From: Carpediemonas membranifera BICM
Taxonomy: Eukaryota; Protista; Fornicata
Length of the DNA stretch: 63,122 bases
Direction of reading: 5' to 3'
Assembly (NCBI GenBank): GCA_019828565.1
Contig: JAHDYR010000015.1
Coordinates: 1-63,122, forward strand
Shown: piece by piece, positions 23,218-34,882 of the stretch
Position numbering within the stretch: the stretch's first letter is position 1
How the letters are laid out: each line of letters opens with the position of its first letter
The notes under the pieces: generated by a model
Told to the model about the DNA's origin: nothing
Databases searched by the model: none
Seen by the model: the letters and a program-made list of their open reading frames with translations, nothing else
Position numbers and translations under genes: made by a program

Positions 23218-24820
23218 ATAGATGGATAATCGGAGTATGTATATAAAGGGTTCTTTATGTTTACACTATCTTCACCAATCTACAGTCAATTACGTCTATT
23301 GCGAGCGAAGAACAGCTTTCAGTAAGAAATTTGAGGCAACTGTCAGGTAATTCTTAGTAAAGTCGTCGGCAATGGCGTAATAGTCATCAATTTCAGTCAA
23401 GTGACTCAGCTTAACGCGCATTTGCTTGATTTCGGCGATAAACTCGGCCCGCTTCATTCGTTTGTCATAAAGTGCATTCCGGCCATATCACAAGTTTTCT
23501 TCATCACAAGGCACGCACGGGGGTGTAAGCGGGACCGAGGCTACCACCACAGCCTCTTCTGAGCCGATGGATACCTTTTGTTGATTTGCCAGAATTGACC
23601 AAACGACGAGGAATGCTTGATATGCCGCGTATGGATGATTTGAAGAAGAACTGAAGGTGAAAGACAAAGATCATAGAAATACACATCATGCGGCTCACTT
23701 TTTGGAGACATTGGAGGTAAATTAGCTTTTAGGATCGTTTTTCGTTTGCCAGGCAAAGTTTTGAGTGTTTTCTCGAGAATACTCGATGCCGTATGCAATC
23801 TTGCTGCTATTTGATGCAGAACAAAGGTTGTTATGTGACACAGATGTTCTCACTTGCTTTCGGCCTTCTTTGTTGGCGAGCAAAAGCAAACTTCTTTGGG
23901 AGCAATTCCCAAAAATCGCATCTTTACGCACCCAGGAAATTTTATCTCGGCATACTGGACCAGTGGGGGAGGCACGGCAGTCTATCCCGACCCTAGATGA
24001 ACCATGAGACAGTTTTTCGACGAGAGTTTGTGCGATGCCACTGACTTCGCGAGTGAAGGTCTTCAGCATGTTGTACGGATGTCTAAACGATGCCTTGAGC
24101 AAGTGCAAGGCGTAATACGCTGTAGTTTAATTGTTTGAGCGCGTTCATTTTTTCTTGCAATCGTCCTTTTTTCATGTATTCCGGGACTTATTCCGGGACT
24201 TTAAGTCCCGGTTAAAGTACCAGAAAAAACAGCATGAGGGCGCTGCGTCCGAGCTTGCAGTCTCTGGTACACCCCTTGAGGCTCTTCTTGCCATGGGGAC
24301 GTTGTGGGAGGTCCGGAGTCTCCGCGCTTACATCGGACAGGCTATAAGGACAGATGAAACATTTGTTCGTCGCACCTCCGAGCGACTACTTCAATAGCCC
24401 ACGAGGCGAGTGATTCGCCGTGGAAAGACATACAACTACTACAAAATTGCGTTCATCGAAGCAGGCTAGAGCCGCTGATGCCATGATCCGCGAAGTTCTA
24501 ACGACGAAGGACTCGTTCTGAAAGAAAATATAACCGTAACTCCTGAACGAAGCCGTTTTGGGAGCTGTTATTGTTGATTTTGGACCAATTATCTGAGGTA
24601 CTCCAACCGAATTCGTTCCGTCACTTGAGTTTGTGGCCGCACTCCCGATGCCTAATCAGATGATGAAAATAGGTTTCCGAATGCTTCTGGAGTGAGTGAG
24701 CACCTTTGGATTATGATGTGACATGATGAGGAGATGATGGATGAACTGTTTACATAAAGTGCACCGCAGGGTGACTGTGCGGAGTCAAGGGGACACCACA
24801 CTTCCCCTCCAGAGGACGAA

Positions 24821-25300
24821 CTACCGGCGTCCGTGAGGGCGGAAGTTGCGCTTGTAACGGGCGAACAGGGGGCGCAAGGTAGGGTTGTCCTCGAGGTACG
24901 AGTCGAGTGCGGCGAGTTGGTCATAGTAGGCGTTGTACGGGATAAAGGAGTCTTCCGAGTCCTCGAGACCTTGCCAGTGGATAAGCATCTCGAGTTTGCC
25001 GTTACGCTCGCGATGACCGACGATAGAGTCGACAGGCTGCTCGTTCTGCTCGAACCCGACGAGGGTCTCGAGATCCTTGAGCGACGTGTTATGGGCACGT
25101 TTAAACGGCACAAGGCGATCAGCGTGTACGAGCAGCTCAGCCTTCGTGACCAGATCCTGAAGGCGATAGGAATTGGGGCTCTTCCCTTCCCCCAGCATGC
25201 GAACAGGGCCGCGGATCGGGGCGAGAATCTTGGAAGGGCTCTTGGTTGGGTAGCGGACGAGCACGAGTTCCTGATCTTTCCAGGGGAACCCGGGCGCGGT
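24821..25300 (-). pseudogene. Ty3/gypsy integrase C-terminal fragment (GPY/F + chromodomain)
   Basis: VLVRYPTKSPSKILAPIRGP ... VDSIVGHR...LIHWQGLEDSEDSF; homologous to the end of 40646..41872. Confidence 0.8.
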
Positions 25301-25314
25301 GTAAAGAAAGAAAG

Positions 25315-25671
25315 AAAATGCGGGCTTACGATTGTGCCGATGCCTTCTCTGGTCCCGTGCCACTTGGGTGTAGGGGGGTCGTCACCTGTGATTCCCAGTT
25401 GTCTGTTCACGCGATGCTGGCACCTGGTCTCTCTTTTCCGCTTTTCGTTCGTTGTTGCTAGTGTTTCCTCTGTTTCTCTGCCTGCTAAAGCGTACTGGAA
25501 GTCTATGAAGCTGTGGACTCTTGTGTTTGCTGTTCTCCATGTCTCTTGTATACAAACCGCTTCAATGTCTCTGAGTTTGGTTTGAATTGCTGTTGCTATT
25601 GATGCCGTGAAGTCCTTTCCTCGTCCTATGTGCCCCTGAGTGTTCAGGCTTAAGATCTTGAACGTTTCCAT
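25315..25671 (-). pseudogene. N-terminus of a LINE apurinic endonuclease (ORF2), truncated
   Basis: FKILSLNTQG, VCIQETW and EGIGTIV; ends abruptly at the gypsy fragment. Confidence 0.8.
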
Positions 25672-26004
25672 GTTGTACTATGCTCTGATCCTTATCCTGC
25701 GAATTCTGAGAATTTCTGCAGGGGCTAAGGGTTCACTGTGTCACTGTCCCGTCAAGGGGCCTCGATGCCGGTCTTGGTAACCCTTGGCGGGCCAGCCTCC
25801 GTGCTTCTTGGTGACCGATTCGCCCTCGGGCATGGATACTTAGGAGGGGGCGCAGTGGCGTGACCCCCCCTTTGGCTGCCGCCTGCAACCTACTGGCAGT
25901 GCCCGTGGGCTAATGCCAGGCCCTGGGTGGGAGCCAGGGTTATATAAAGAAAGAAAGTCTGATACACTAGTTTCTGAAATAATACTGCTTTATCTCTGAT
26001 CCAC

Positions 26005-28596
26005 TTACTCCTCCGAGACCTCACTTTCACTGGCATCATCATACGGTTCAGGGTCGCGGGCCTGACCACCTTGCATGTTGGCCATGAAGGACATGAACTG
26101 TGTCATCATCTCCATGGGGTCCATCTGTCTGGTGGTCCTGGTTCTCCTGCTCTTGTTCCTGCGACGGGGCACTACCGCGGCGTCTCTGTTCTTGACCATC
26201 TCAATCGGTGGTCTGACAAGGGGGTCGGGTTCAGTGCCTGCCAGGTCTGCGGGTCTCTGCCGGGCGGCCTTGAGGGCTGAGATTTCTCGCTGTGCCTCTG
26301 CCAGTTGAAGTAGGAGCCTCTGTTTCTCGGCGTCCTGCTGGTCCGGTAGTCTGCTTCTTACCGTCCCAGCGGTGTCGTCACTGTGTCTGCTCCTCTTTCC
26401 TGACTCGGATAGGTCGTCTCTGCCTTGGCTGCCTCGCTTGCCGGCTGCTGAGGAGTGGTTGCCTCTGCGGTTGTCTCTGGCTGTTCCAAGATGTTCTCTA
26501 AGCCACTCGTTTCTCTCCCGCTGGCGCCTCTCTGCCTCTTCGAAGTCGGGTCTGATCCGGAGACCGCCCTGTTCTGCTCTGTTGGCCCTGGCTTCCAGAC
26601 GTTCGAGCTCCGTGTCGCGTTCATAGATTTCAGGACGTCTGATTTCTCTGTCGATGAGGCGCCCAGCCTCTCTGTCGTCAGGGTGTCTGATGTCTCTTTC
26701 GGTGGGTTGGTCAGCTTCTCTGGCGATGGGGCGTCTGACCTCATAGTCAGCCGGACGTCTGGCCTCTCTGTCGGCCAGGTGTATGGCTTCTCTGTGGGTG
26801 GGATGTCCGATCTCTCTGCCAGTAGGGCGCCTGACTTCCTGGTCGACCGACCGTCTGGCCTCTCTGTCAACTTGGTGACCCACCTCTCTGTCGTGGTGTC
26901 TCTCATCTCTGATGTCCGGGCGCCTGATCTCTTTGTGGTCACGGCGCTCGTCCTCGCGGCGTCTGTCCACCCGGGTTGCAGGGTCCAGGATGTCTCTGAA
27001 GTTCCTGCCTACCACTTGGTGCTCGACTTCGCCGACTGCCATCTGGAGGTGAGTGTCTCTGTACGTGACCCTGAAGGGCATCTCGTCCTTGCCGTCCACG
27101 TCGGGTTTGTATCCGCTGGGTGGGATGCCCCCCATTCTGACTCTGGCCTCTTCCGGGATCACTGTGGTGACCATGCGTCGGCCTTCCCAGCGCATGCGCT
27201 TCAGGATAGACCCCGCGTCTCTGGTTCTGATCAGTCCCCAGTCTCTGGGGATGAATGCGACTCTGATGGAGGCTCTGGCGTTCGGGGGGGCTTTGACATT
27301 GGCTATGCGCCCTTCAAACTCTCTGAGTGCCTCTGCTAGCTCTTCGCATCCCCAGGTCTCTTGCCGGGCGATGCGCTCTCTGCTGGGCCACCAGTTGACG
27401 AGCTGTGACAGTGTGACCATGTTCTCTTCGTTGTGCGCTCCAAGGCCGGCTCGGCCCTGGACCGCTCTGAGTTGCTCTGGGTTGTCTAGCTCCTCTTCCA
27501 GTGTCCAGATAGGGTTCCTAGTGACTCTGTTGTCTCTGTCAGTGAAGGCGTCAGGGGATAGGAGCAGGCCCTTCATCCCCATCGCTACCTCTGCAAATCC
27601 GAAGCCAATGCCGAACCTGTGTTCTCTGTCTGGCACTACAAGGAACCTGTTGCCCTGGTGCCCGTCTCTGATCTCTCTGAACGCTGGGTGGGGGCCAAAC
27701 TCCTGGAACGCTGTGTGCCTCGGCTGGAACCCCAGCCCTGCTATGATGTCACTGCTTTCTCTGGCTGCTCTGACCTCTTCCTCAATGGCTGGCTGCAGCA
27801 GTCTGAGGGCGTCCTCTAACTCACCGATGCCGTTGGTGCCTCTGAATAGTGCTAGAACTCTGATTGCGAACAGTGTGCTGTCCGCCAGTGCGCAGTGATA
27901 GCACCCCGCCGTGTGGCTGTGGTAGGGGCATACTCTCTTGGGTGCTTCCCGTGATTGCCACCGGCTGGTCCACAGGTCTAGCCACTCCATGCTCTGCGCG
28001 TTGTTGTAATTGACTCTGAATCTCTGTTCGAGGTCGGGTCTAGCCCTGACCAGCAGCGTTGGCAGCTCGTTTTCGTCCACTAGTCTCTGTGCGAAGTAGT
28101 CTCTGCTCTCTGCGGCTAAGCCGTTCGCTGCGTCTGTGAGGAGGAACATCTCCATGTGCTTTCCCTTGGCGAACAGGTGGACTTTGCAGCCTTCTCTTCT
28201 CTCATACGCTTTGAGCTCCGTCGCTAGACGGTCGCCCCACGCCTGGAAGGTGTGGACGTGCTGCTCTAGGTCTCTGGGGGGTCTTCCTGTCGCTATGTCT
28301 ACGAAGGTCGCTGGTGGTAGGCCTGTGACAGCCCATGATGTGTGCCTTGACTGCTCGACTCTGTTGAGCGGCATGTCCTGGTAGAACATACCGTGGCCGT
28401 GGCCGACCACTTCACTGCTATCCACATCTATCATGACAATGCCTCCTTCGACCGGGATCGCTGGTGTGCCTTGTCTTGAGCTGCCCGTGTAGCTGCACTC
28501 AAAGTCAATGGCTGCTAGGACAAGTCTCTGGTTCGGCTGGGTCTCTGATAAGGGCAGGCTGCTGGTCTCGTGCTGGCTCCTCCCTTCGCCTGCCAT
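26005..28596 (-). CDS. MAEL/arenavirus-NP-like DEDDh exonuclease protein with 8-aa charged repeats (probable LINE ORF1)
   Basis: IDFEC, PVEGG, GHG, TGLPP, FAKG...E, CPYH and YHCALAD, in the same motif order as the domain at 13763-14400. Confidence 0.8.
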   Translation of the reverse strand: MAGEGRSQHETSSLPLSETQPNQRLVLAAIDFECSYTGSSRQGTPAIPVEGGIVMIDVDSSEVVGHGHGMFYQDMPLNRVEQSRHTSWAVTGLPPATFVDIATGRPPRDLEQHVHTFQAWGDRLATELKAYERREGCKVHLFAKGKHMEMFLLTDAANGLAAESRDYFAQRLVDENELPTLLVRARPDLEQRFRVNYNNAQSMEWLDLWTSRWQSREAPKRVCPYHSHTAGCYHCALADSTLFAIRVLALFRGTNGIGELEDALRLLQPAIEEEVRAARESSDIIAGLGFQPRHTAFQEFGPHPAFREIRDGHQGNRFLVVPDREHRFGIGFGFAEVAMGMKGLLLSPDAFTDRDNRVTRNPIWTLEEELDNPEQLRAVQGRAGLGAHNEENMVTLSQLVNWWPSRERIARQETWGCEELAEALREFEGRIANVKAPPNARASIRVAFIPRDWGLIRTRDAGSILKRMRWEGRRMVTTVIPEEARVRMGGIPPSGYKPDVDGKDEMPFRVTYRDTHLQMAVGEVEHQVVGRNFRDILDPATRVDRRREDERRDHKEIRRPDIRDERHHDREVGHQVDREARRSVDQEVRRPTGREIGHPTHREAIHLADREARRPADYEVRRPIAREADQPTERDIRHPDDREAGRLIDREIRRPEIYERDTELERLEARANRAEQGGLRIRPDFEEAERRQRERNEWLREHLGTARDNRRGNHSSAAGKRGSQGRDDLSESGKRSRHSDDTAGTVRSRLPDQQDAEKQRLLLQLAEAQREISALKAARQRPADLAGTEPDPLVRPPIEMVKNRDAAVVPRRRNKSRRTRTTRQMDPMEMMTQFMSFMANMQGGQARDPEPYDDASESEVSEE

Positions 28597-29782
28597 CCTT
28601 CTGGCCTCCTGCTGATCTCTGATATGCTCTTGGGACGATGTCTTCCAGGCTAATCCTCGGCGGCACCTCCTTGTCTCTGTTCACACTGTCTATAGGAAGC
28701 TGAGTGCGCTTGCCTGATGCCTCGCCCCCCAGCACCTGCCGCTTGGGGGTTCTTGTGGTTCTCTTGTTGGCACTGACTCTGTTTATCCTCTGAGACGCTG
28801 GGGTTGCCGGGGCTTGGCTACCACAGATACTGTCCGGCCTCGTCATTTCTACGTCGCTGTCGATGTCCGTGCTAGCAGACCTGTCCTCCTGGGAGGCATG
28901 TTCGGCTCTCTTGTCACGGCTGATCTCTGCTCCGATGATTTCGGCTCTGACTACTGCAAACTGCGGCTTGCCACTGAGCGGCGTCTCTTCCCCTCGCTTC
29001 CGGATACCGCTACGGCCGCTGGTGTCTACTCCTGAGCTATTCCATGCCGCTTGCCACACCACTGGTGCCTCTGGTGCCTGCAGTCTCAGGATGTCTCTTG
29101 CCTCTTCCATGTACCTGGTGATGGGCCATGCCTCCGTGTCTTCCAGGTCCAGTAGAACTCTGAAGGTGCCATCCTCTTGCTCTATGGCTACTCTGGTGAT
29201 GGGTCCTCTGTTGGACGGGTCCCACACTTGCTCGCCGCTGAGGCACTCGGGGGCTTCATCCTCTGCTGTCCCTGTGATGACCGAGTACATGCCAGTCTCT
29301 CTGTTTTCGACGCTGTCTCTGACGTTGTCCCACTGAATGGGGTTCTGGCCTCTGGGTTGCAGGACTGCTTGTTCGATGGACTGCTCCTTGGGCCATCTGG
29401 CCATGTCCTTGTGCCCTGGTCTCACTGATGTGGGCTCGTTAGAGCTGGCGATGCGCTGAATCTCTGCTTCTCTGGGGTCTAGGGCCTCTGTGACCATGAT
29501 GAAGAGGTCGCGAAGCCCGTGGATGCCGTTCGGATGTCTGAGGATGGTTTCCCTGTTGTCGGTCACTCCTGAGGCTGTGAGGATCCTTCTGACGTTGGTT
29601 AGTACTTCCTTGCGGGCTGTGGAGCTTGCGCCGAAGGACTTTTCGGAAAAGTCGTCACTTCTGCGCAGTAGTAAGGTCCGGGCGTTTCCTTCCTTGATCA
29701 GGTAGCTGTCTAGTAGTTCTCTGATGGTACTCCACTGTTTTTGCGTAGATTCTCTGGTTTTCTCTGATATTTCTACCTGCAT
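28505..29782 (-). CDS. upstream ORF, probably the N-terminal part of the same ORF1 (frameshift)
   Basis: 425-aa ORF overlapping 26005..28596, with the same AG-rich sense-strand composition. Confidence 0.5.
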   Translation of the reverse strand: MQVEISEKTRESTQKQWSTIRELLDSYLIKEGNARTLLLRRSDDFSEKSFGASSTARKEVLTNVRRILTASGVTDNRETILRHPNGIHGLRDLFIMVTEALDPREAEIQRIASSNEPTSVRPGHKDMARWPKEQSIEQAVLQPRGQNPIQWDNVRDSVENRETGMYSVITGTAEDEAPECLSGEQVWDPSNRGPITRVAIEQEDGTFRVLLDLEDTEAWPITRYMEEARDILRLQAPEAPVVWQAAWNSSGVDTSGRSGIRKRGEETPLSGKPQFAVVRAEIIGAEISRDKRAEHASQEDRSASTDIDSDVEMTRPDSICGSQAPATPASQRINRVSANKRTTRTPKRQVLGGEASGKRTQLPIDSVNRDKEVPPRISLEDIVPRAYQRSAGGQKDGRRREEPARDQQPALIRDPAEPETCPSSH

Positions 29783-30623
29783 TCACTGTGCCGTTTTTGT
29801 GCGTATGAAAAAGGTTGGCGAATGCATCGTCCTGAAAATCGGTCAGCGTGGCCTTGTGCGGCTCCTGTAACTGTGTAGGGGTCTCGGTTTTCTTCTTTTT
29901 CTCTGGTTCGGCCGTAAACTGCGTTACGGCGAAATGGCGCACTGTCCAAAAATGCACGCTGATTTTCTCGCTGGGTGGTCTCTGGATTTTAGGACTGACT
30001 TCGCCCTAGGTAGTGCCTACATGAGGGCTATCTTTGGTCTCTGTGCCTCTGCTTGATCACTCCTCCTTCACCGTGAACATGCCAAAAACCAAAAGTGGTC
30101 GCGGCTTCTCGGTGTTCTCTGTGGGTTTCCCTGCTTTCTCTGTTAAATCTCTGTTCATTGTACTCTTGTATTGTCTCTGTGTTGGGCGTGGAGCTCCCAC
30201 TCGCGCCCGGCGGGGATCCATGAATGCACCTTTGAGTTTGGCGGACAGGAAGCTGAGGCCGCTCCTTCTGAGCTGATGGGGGCGCTGTACCAGTTTACTG
30301 GGACAGGCCGTTGGCCTTTTGTCCGTCCCCGAACATAGTCTTTCGACTTAGCTGAATTCGATGGCGGCCTGACCATGTCCCCCCATACCTGTGGCCAGTC
30401 CCTACAGTTCCCTTAGGTTCACAGTGGCTGGTGCAACCACATATGTGGATTTGTCCCTGCTTGTGGTTAGTCTGGGTTCCTGTACCCTGTTTGCGTTCTC
30501 ATTTGTTGTTCTCTCTGTCGTACTATGGTCTGGTGCTACCGGGATATGAGGGGTTCCCCCTCCGATCCCAGGAGCTCTGGATCCCTGTAGATGTGATTAC
30601 CTGACCTTACCCTGTTGCCCTTC

Positions 30624-30900
30624 CTACTTTACCCTGTAACTGTCGTAGACCTTCCCTAGCTCTCTGAGCCCGGCTCTTAGCCCCTCCCATATATCGTCGG
30701 ATCCCCATACCATGAGTTGTTGGAGCTCTAGTAGTGGCCTTTCCCTGTACCATTCGCCGTGTGGTCCTGATCTGACCTCGAGGTCCCTTGTGCTCCTTAC
30801 GGCCTTCCTCCATATCTCGCTCCAGCCTTCTCCTCTGTCTACCTCTGGACATTCACACTCGTGAGCGGAGTGTCCTCTGCGTCTGCACACCGTGCAGAAC
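30624..30900 (-). pseudogene. Zn-knuckle-containing fragment (CTVCRRRGHSAHECECP)
   Basis: CCHC-type motif. It could be a gag knuckle or a LINE ORF2 C-terminus; the composition matches the LINE-like block 25300-30900. Confidence 0.35.
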
Positions 30901-31321
30901 TTAGAGCTACCGCCGTGAGGTCTCTTGGTGATCGGTCTGGCGTTGAGGTTCTTGGCGGCCTTCATCGCGGCACGCGCGAAGTCCTTCTTGCCTGTCAGAC
31001 CTCGGTCTCGACAAGGTACACTGCAGCCACAGCATCTCCGAAAGTGTCGACTGTTTTCAGGTACTCGAGGCGCTTGTTGATCATCGCCTTAGCGGTGTCG
31101 AATACGTCTCCAACAGACGGTTTCTCTGTACGGCCCTTAATATCCGCCTTAAAATCAGCAAAGAACTGCTTCCAAGCGCGGTACTCCTTGATAACACCAT
31201 CAAGTCTCTTAGGTTCTCTTAGATCTTCTTGCTTCTCCTCCTGCTCCGCCATTCTGGCGGTTAAAGCTTTAATAAGCTTGTCCTGCTTGTCAATCTTCGC
31301 AATAAGCTCCTCGTTGGCCAT
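30900..31321 (-). pseudogene. gag remnant of a YR retrotransposon
   Basis: LREPKRLDGVIKEY...NKRLEYLKTVD...AAVYL aligns with the gag ORFs at 47194-47733 and 55508-56027. Confidence 0.7.
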
Positions 31322-32158
31322 TTTGGCGCGAATTCTGAGGCGTTTTAAGGCCTCGCATTTTAAGGCACCAGATGGCCAACACCAGGATGGCGCGCCTCCG
31401 AGACAGATGCGCGTCCATCGGGCTGGGAAACGGGGCTCCAAGCCCCAAGTGCTCCCGCACGTCCGGGCACCCTTGCCCGCTTCTTGGACAGTGGTCCGCC
31501 GTGCTAGGCACGACTACCACGATCAGATTACAAAGCGAAAGGATGTTTAAAGAGGGTCAGACATCGGCCAAACCTGGGGATTGGGCGGGGAAATTGATCC
31601 GCTCAAATTTCCCCCTCCGAATTGGTCCACCTGGCCGGGCGTCGTCCGACCGCCGGGGCGCCCCGGTGGGGTCGTAGGACCCGCACAACCGGGGGGCGGG
31701 ATCGCATGATGGGAGCGCCGGGCCGCGGACGCCCGTGTCCGGAGCCGTACGGCATGTCAGACAGGCTGACGATCCGGTAGACTCCGTCCATTCCCACAGG
31801 GAACCAGTCGCCGCCCAAGCAATTGCAGCCGATCGGTGCACTTTAAGACACTCTCGATGTCTTTCATGCAAGTTGTGCCCCGGCTGCAATTCATTGCATA
31901 TGCTAACACAAAGAGCTCAAAAACGAGGTCTATAGCCCTCAACGGCGCTTCGTTGAGGAGTTCTAGCGATTTTTCACTTTTGTTGCGCAATTTCTTCATC
32001 TGATGCGCAATTATTGAACCATCGAGCCTAAAAGAGACTCTAAAGCCTTAACGGCTTCCAAATAGCCAATATCACCTTGTCCATCAAGGTTTATGATTAG
32101 CCTCACTAAGGCCCACAATCATACCCCTCGCAGCCACTCCTCAATGGCTTTGAGGGGC

Positions 32159-33025
32159 TTATCTCTTCTTATCCTTCTCTAATAAGGCTCTGAACGGGGC
32201 TACGGACGTGCTGTAGTCCAGGCGAAGCACGTCTTCCACATAACGGATCAATGAGTTCTGGTCAGCCCATGTGCCCTTCGCCGCAACAACCGGGATAGGG
32301 ATACCCATCAGAACCAGGTCAGCCGCGCTCCCGCGGCGCAGACCGTGCAGCCGAGCCTGCGTGGAGATGATGCCCTTCACCTGGTCCTCAATGACTGAGT
32401 AGGGGTGCGACCAGAGAGGGTCTTCGGCCACCGCGCCTGCATCTATCCTATTGACTAGGACCTCAGATAGCCAGTGAGCCGGGTCTAGCTCCCCGTCGAC
32501 TCTCGGGACGAGCTTCTCAACGACCACTCGCCGGGTCTTAGTGCCGTGGATGGCGATTCTTAGCCCGCGGCGCGCGCTCTCCGCTCTAACGTCACCAACA
32601 TGCAGGGCATAGATCTCTCCTGGCCTGGAGGTCGTGGCGTAGGTGGTCAGTGCAAAGGCGAAAGCCTCCTTCCAAAGGTCGTCGTCTCGAGACTGAGGGT
32701 GGGCAGCCCGAAGCCTGTCAACCAGAGTGTGCGCGCGAATCGGGAGAGCAGGCCCTCTAAGCTTCCCAAGAGCGTTCCTTGCCTGCTCTTTGATGACTGC
32801 GTCGGCGTCCAGCGGTGGTTCCCATGATGACACCCGGCCGAAGAAGCGACGGATTAGGCTCCACTTCGAGGTGATTGTATCCTTGGTGACCCTCGAGGCT
32901 TGGTCCTTGGCCCATGCTCTTATGACTTCGATGCTGCTAGTGTCAGGTGGAAGGGCACCCCAGAAACCCGAGAACTGTTGGAGCACACCCGCGACGTGGC
33001 GCTTGTCTACGAATCCACTTAACAT
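32159..33025 (-). CDS. tyrosine recombinase (element A)
   Basis: SRPGEI, TKT, HGLRRG, GTW, RY. Confidence 0.92.
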   Translation of the reverse strand: MLSGFVDKRHVAGVLQQFSGFWGALPPDTSSIEVIRAWAKDQASRVTKDTITSKWSLIRRFFGRVSSWEPPLDADAVIKEQARNALGKLRGPALPIRAHTLVDRLRAAHPQSRDDDLWKEAFAFALTTYATTSRPGEIYALHVGDVRAESARRGLRIAIHGTKTRRVVVEKLVPRVDGELDPAHWLSEVLVNRIDAGAVAEDPLWSHPYSVIEDQVKGIISTQARLHGLRRGSAADLVLMGIPIPVVAAKGTWADQNSLIRYVEDVLRLDYSTSVAPFRALLEKDKKR

Positions 33026-33053
33026 GTCACCCTCGAGGGAGATGGTGAAGATG

Positions 33054-34882
33054 TCACTCCCACAAACAGGGCCGCCAATCGGTATGTGCCGTCCGCCTGC
33101 AGGGGGTGATCGCTGATAGGTCCGCGTCCTCCGCTTTGACTCTGAAGAACATGCGGTGCGGAGTCAGCTCTCTCAGCGCAACTGCCGTCGGCGATCTGCA
33201 GTCGGACACTAGCAGGACGAGGGCACTTGGTAGGGATCTCGGCTGTGTGGTCCTTGCAATGTGGAGGTGGCACAGCTTTGCATATACTGCTGATAGGAGC
33301 GCGAAGGGTGTCACTGCTAGCCACCTTCCTGTCGACCAGTCCATGTCTATGAACCTGCTGTCGTCGACCGTCGACGGGCTGCGTTCTACTCGAGCTCCAA
33401 GCCACTCGGAGGGCCAGATCTCTTTCTGCATGGGACCCCCACTCGGCTGTGATCCTGTCGATGATCCGACGAGGCGCTGAGAGCGTTTCGGACCTCGACA
33501 ATGCGTCGGCTTGGACGTTCAAGTGACCAGAGACGTGAAGGAGCCTTATCCTGATGGCCCTTTCGCTCAGTGTGGGTAGCAGGTCCCGTATGACTGAGTC
33601 TACAAACTGCGGAGCCTTGGTTGAGCCTTGCTTGTTCCACCAGCTGACTGCTGCCACCGAGTCGGAGTAGATGGTGACCTCCGCGTCTGTCAACGGCTCT
33701 GCTAGGATCAGTCTCACTGCTTGTTCCACTGCTCGGAACTCGAGCAATGTGATGTGCTCGTCCATCGGGGCCGGCCTGGTGAAGGTGAAGGGTTGACGGC
33801 CCGGGATTGTGATCACTCCGCCGAGTCCTGAGTGAGAGGCGTCTGTCATCGCTGTGATGTGGAGCGTCGGAGACAGACCCCACAGGTGAAGCAGCTCTTG
33901 GAAGGACCTTATCGGAGATGGCCGTGATAAGCGGCGCTCCCATTGGATCAGTGCTTCTCTCGCTTCGCCGGATATGAGTGTGCGGTAGCGGTCCTTCAGT
34001 TGGGCTCTCTGGAGGGGTCTGATAGCGGCTCGGCCCTCCGGCCAAATGATGGCTGCAAAGCCGAGATTGCCCAACAACCGCTGCATGCTGTGTGTCGTGG
34101 CCCCCGATGCCAAGGCCTCCCTGACTCGTGAGAGGTACTTCTGCCGCTTGCTGTCCTGCAGAGCGATCCCCCGCCGGCCAGAGTCCATGACGAAGCCAAG
34201 GAAGTCGGTCTGCTGCGTGGGTGAGAGCTGCGATTTCTTCCCTGTTGATGACCAGGCCGAGGTTCTCTAGGAGCTGTAGTATGCCGGGCATCGCAGCGGT
34301 CAGTGTCTTCTTGTCCCCGGACAGGAGCCAGTCGTCGAGATAGATGGTCAAGTTGATGCCTGGGAACATCCGTGCTACGATCTGCGCTGCTGTCAGCATC
34401 ACCCTTTGGAAGAAGAATGGCGCTGGGCCCCAGCCGAAGGGTAGGACGTTGAAGGCATAGGGTCTCCCGTCGACCACGAAACCCAGCAGCGGGCTGTCCG
34501 AGGCCCTGACCCCTAACTGGTAGTAGCCCTTGACTAGGTCCAAGCGTGCCATGTAGTCTCCTTCGCGAAGCTGGGCCATCGCTTGCTTGACTCCCTTCAG
34601 CCGAAAGGTTCGATGTTCCGTTGACACTGCGTTCAATGCCCTTAGGTCGTGGATCAGACGCGTCTCTGGTGGCGTCTTCGGCACAGTGAAGATAGGTGAG
34701 ATCAAGCTGGGAGACCGGCATGGGCTTGCCGCGCCCAGGCTCAGGAGGGTTTTCAGGTGGTCGCGGAATGCCTTGCGGTCCTTGGCGCGAGTTGGTGGTA
34801 GGCGCGGATGACGAGGGTGCGCTCTTAGGGATATCGGGACGCCCTCGCGTAGCCACGTAACCACCTCTGATGGCGCGCCCAA
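33054..34882 (-). CDS. RT-RNaseH-MT-like (element A), frameshifted
   Basis: Motifs are spread over ORFs 33386..34882, 33019..34188 and 33054..33431. Confidence 0.88.

Noticed and set aside
24177-24211. Short direct/inverted repeat CCGGGACTT-T-AAGTCCCGG as an element end
   Set aside because: It is isolated, with no partner copy or boundary seen in the window.
24833-27898. Long plus-strand ORFs opposite TE genes (here and throughout 43-63 kb)
   Set aside because: They are antisense shadows of GC-rich coding sequence with no motifs.
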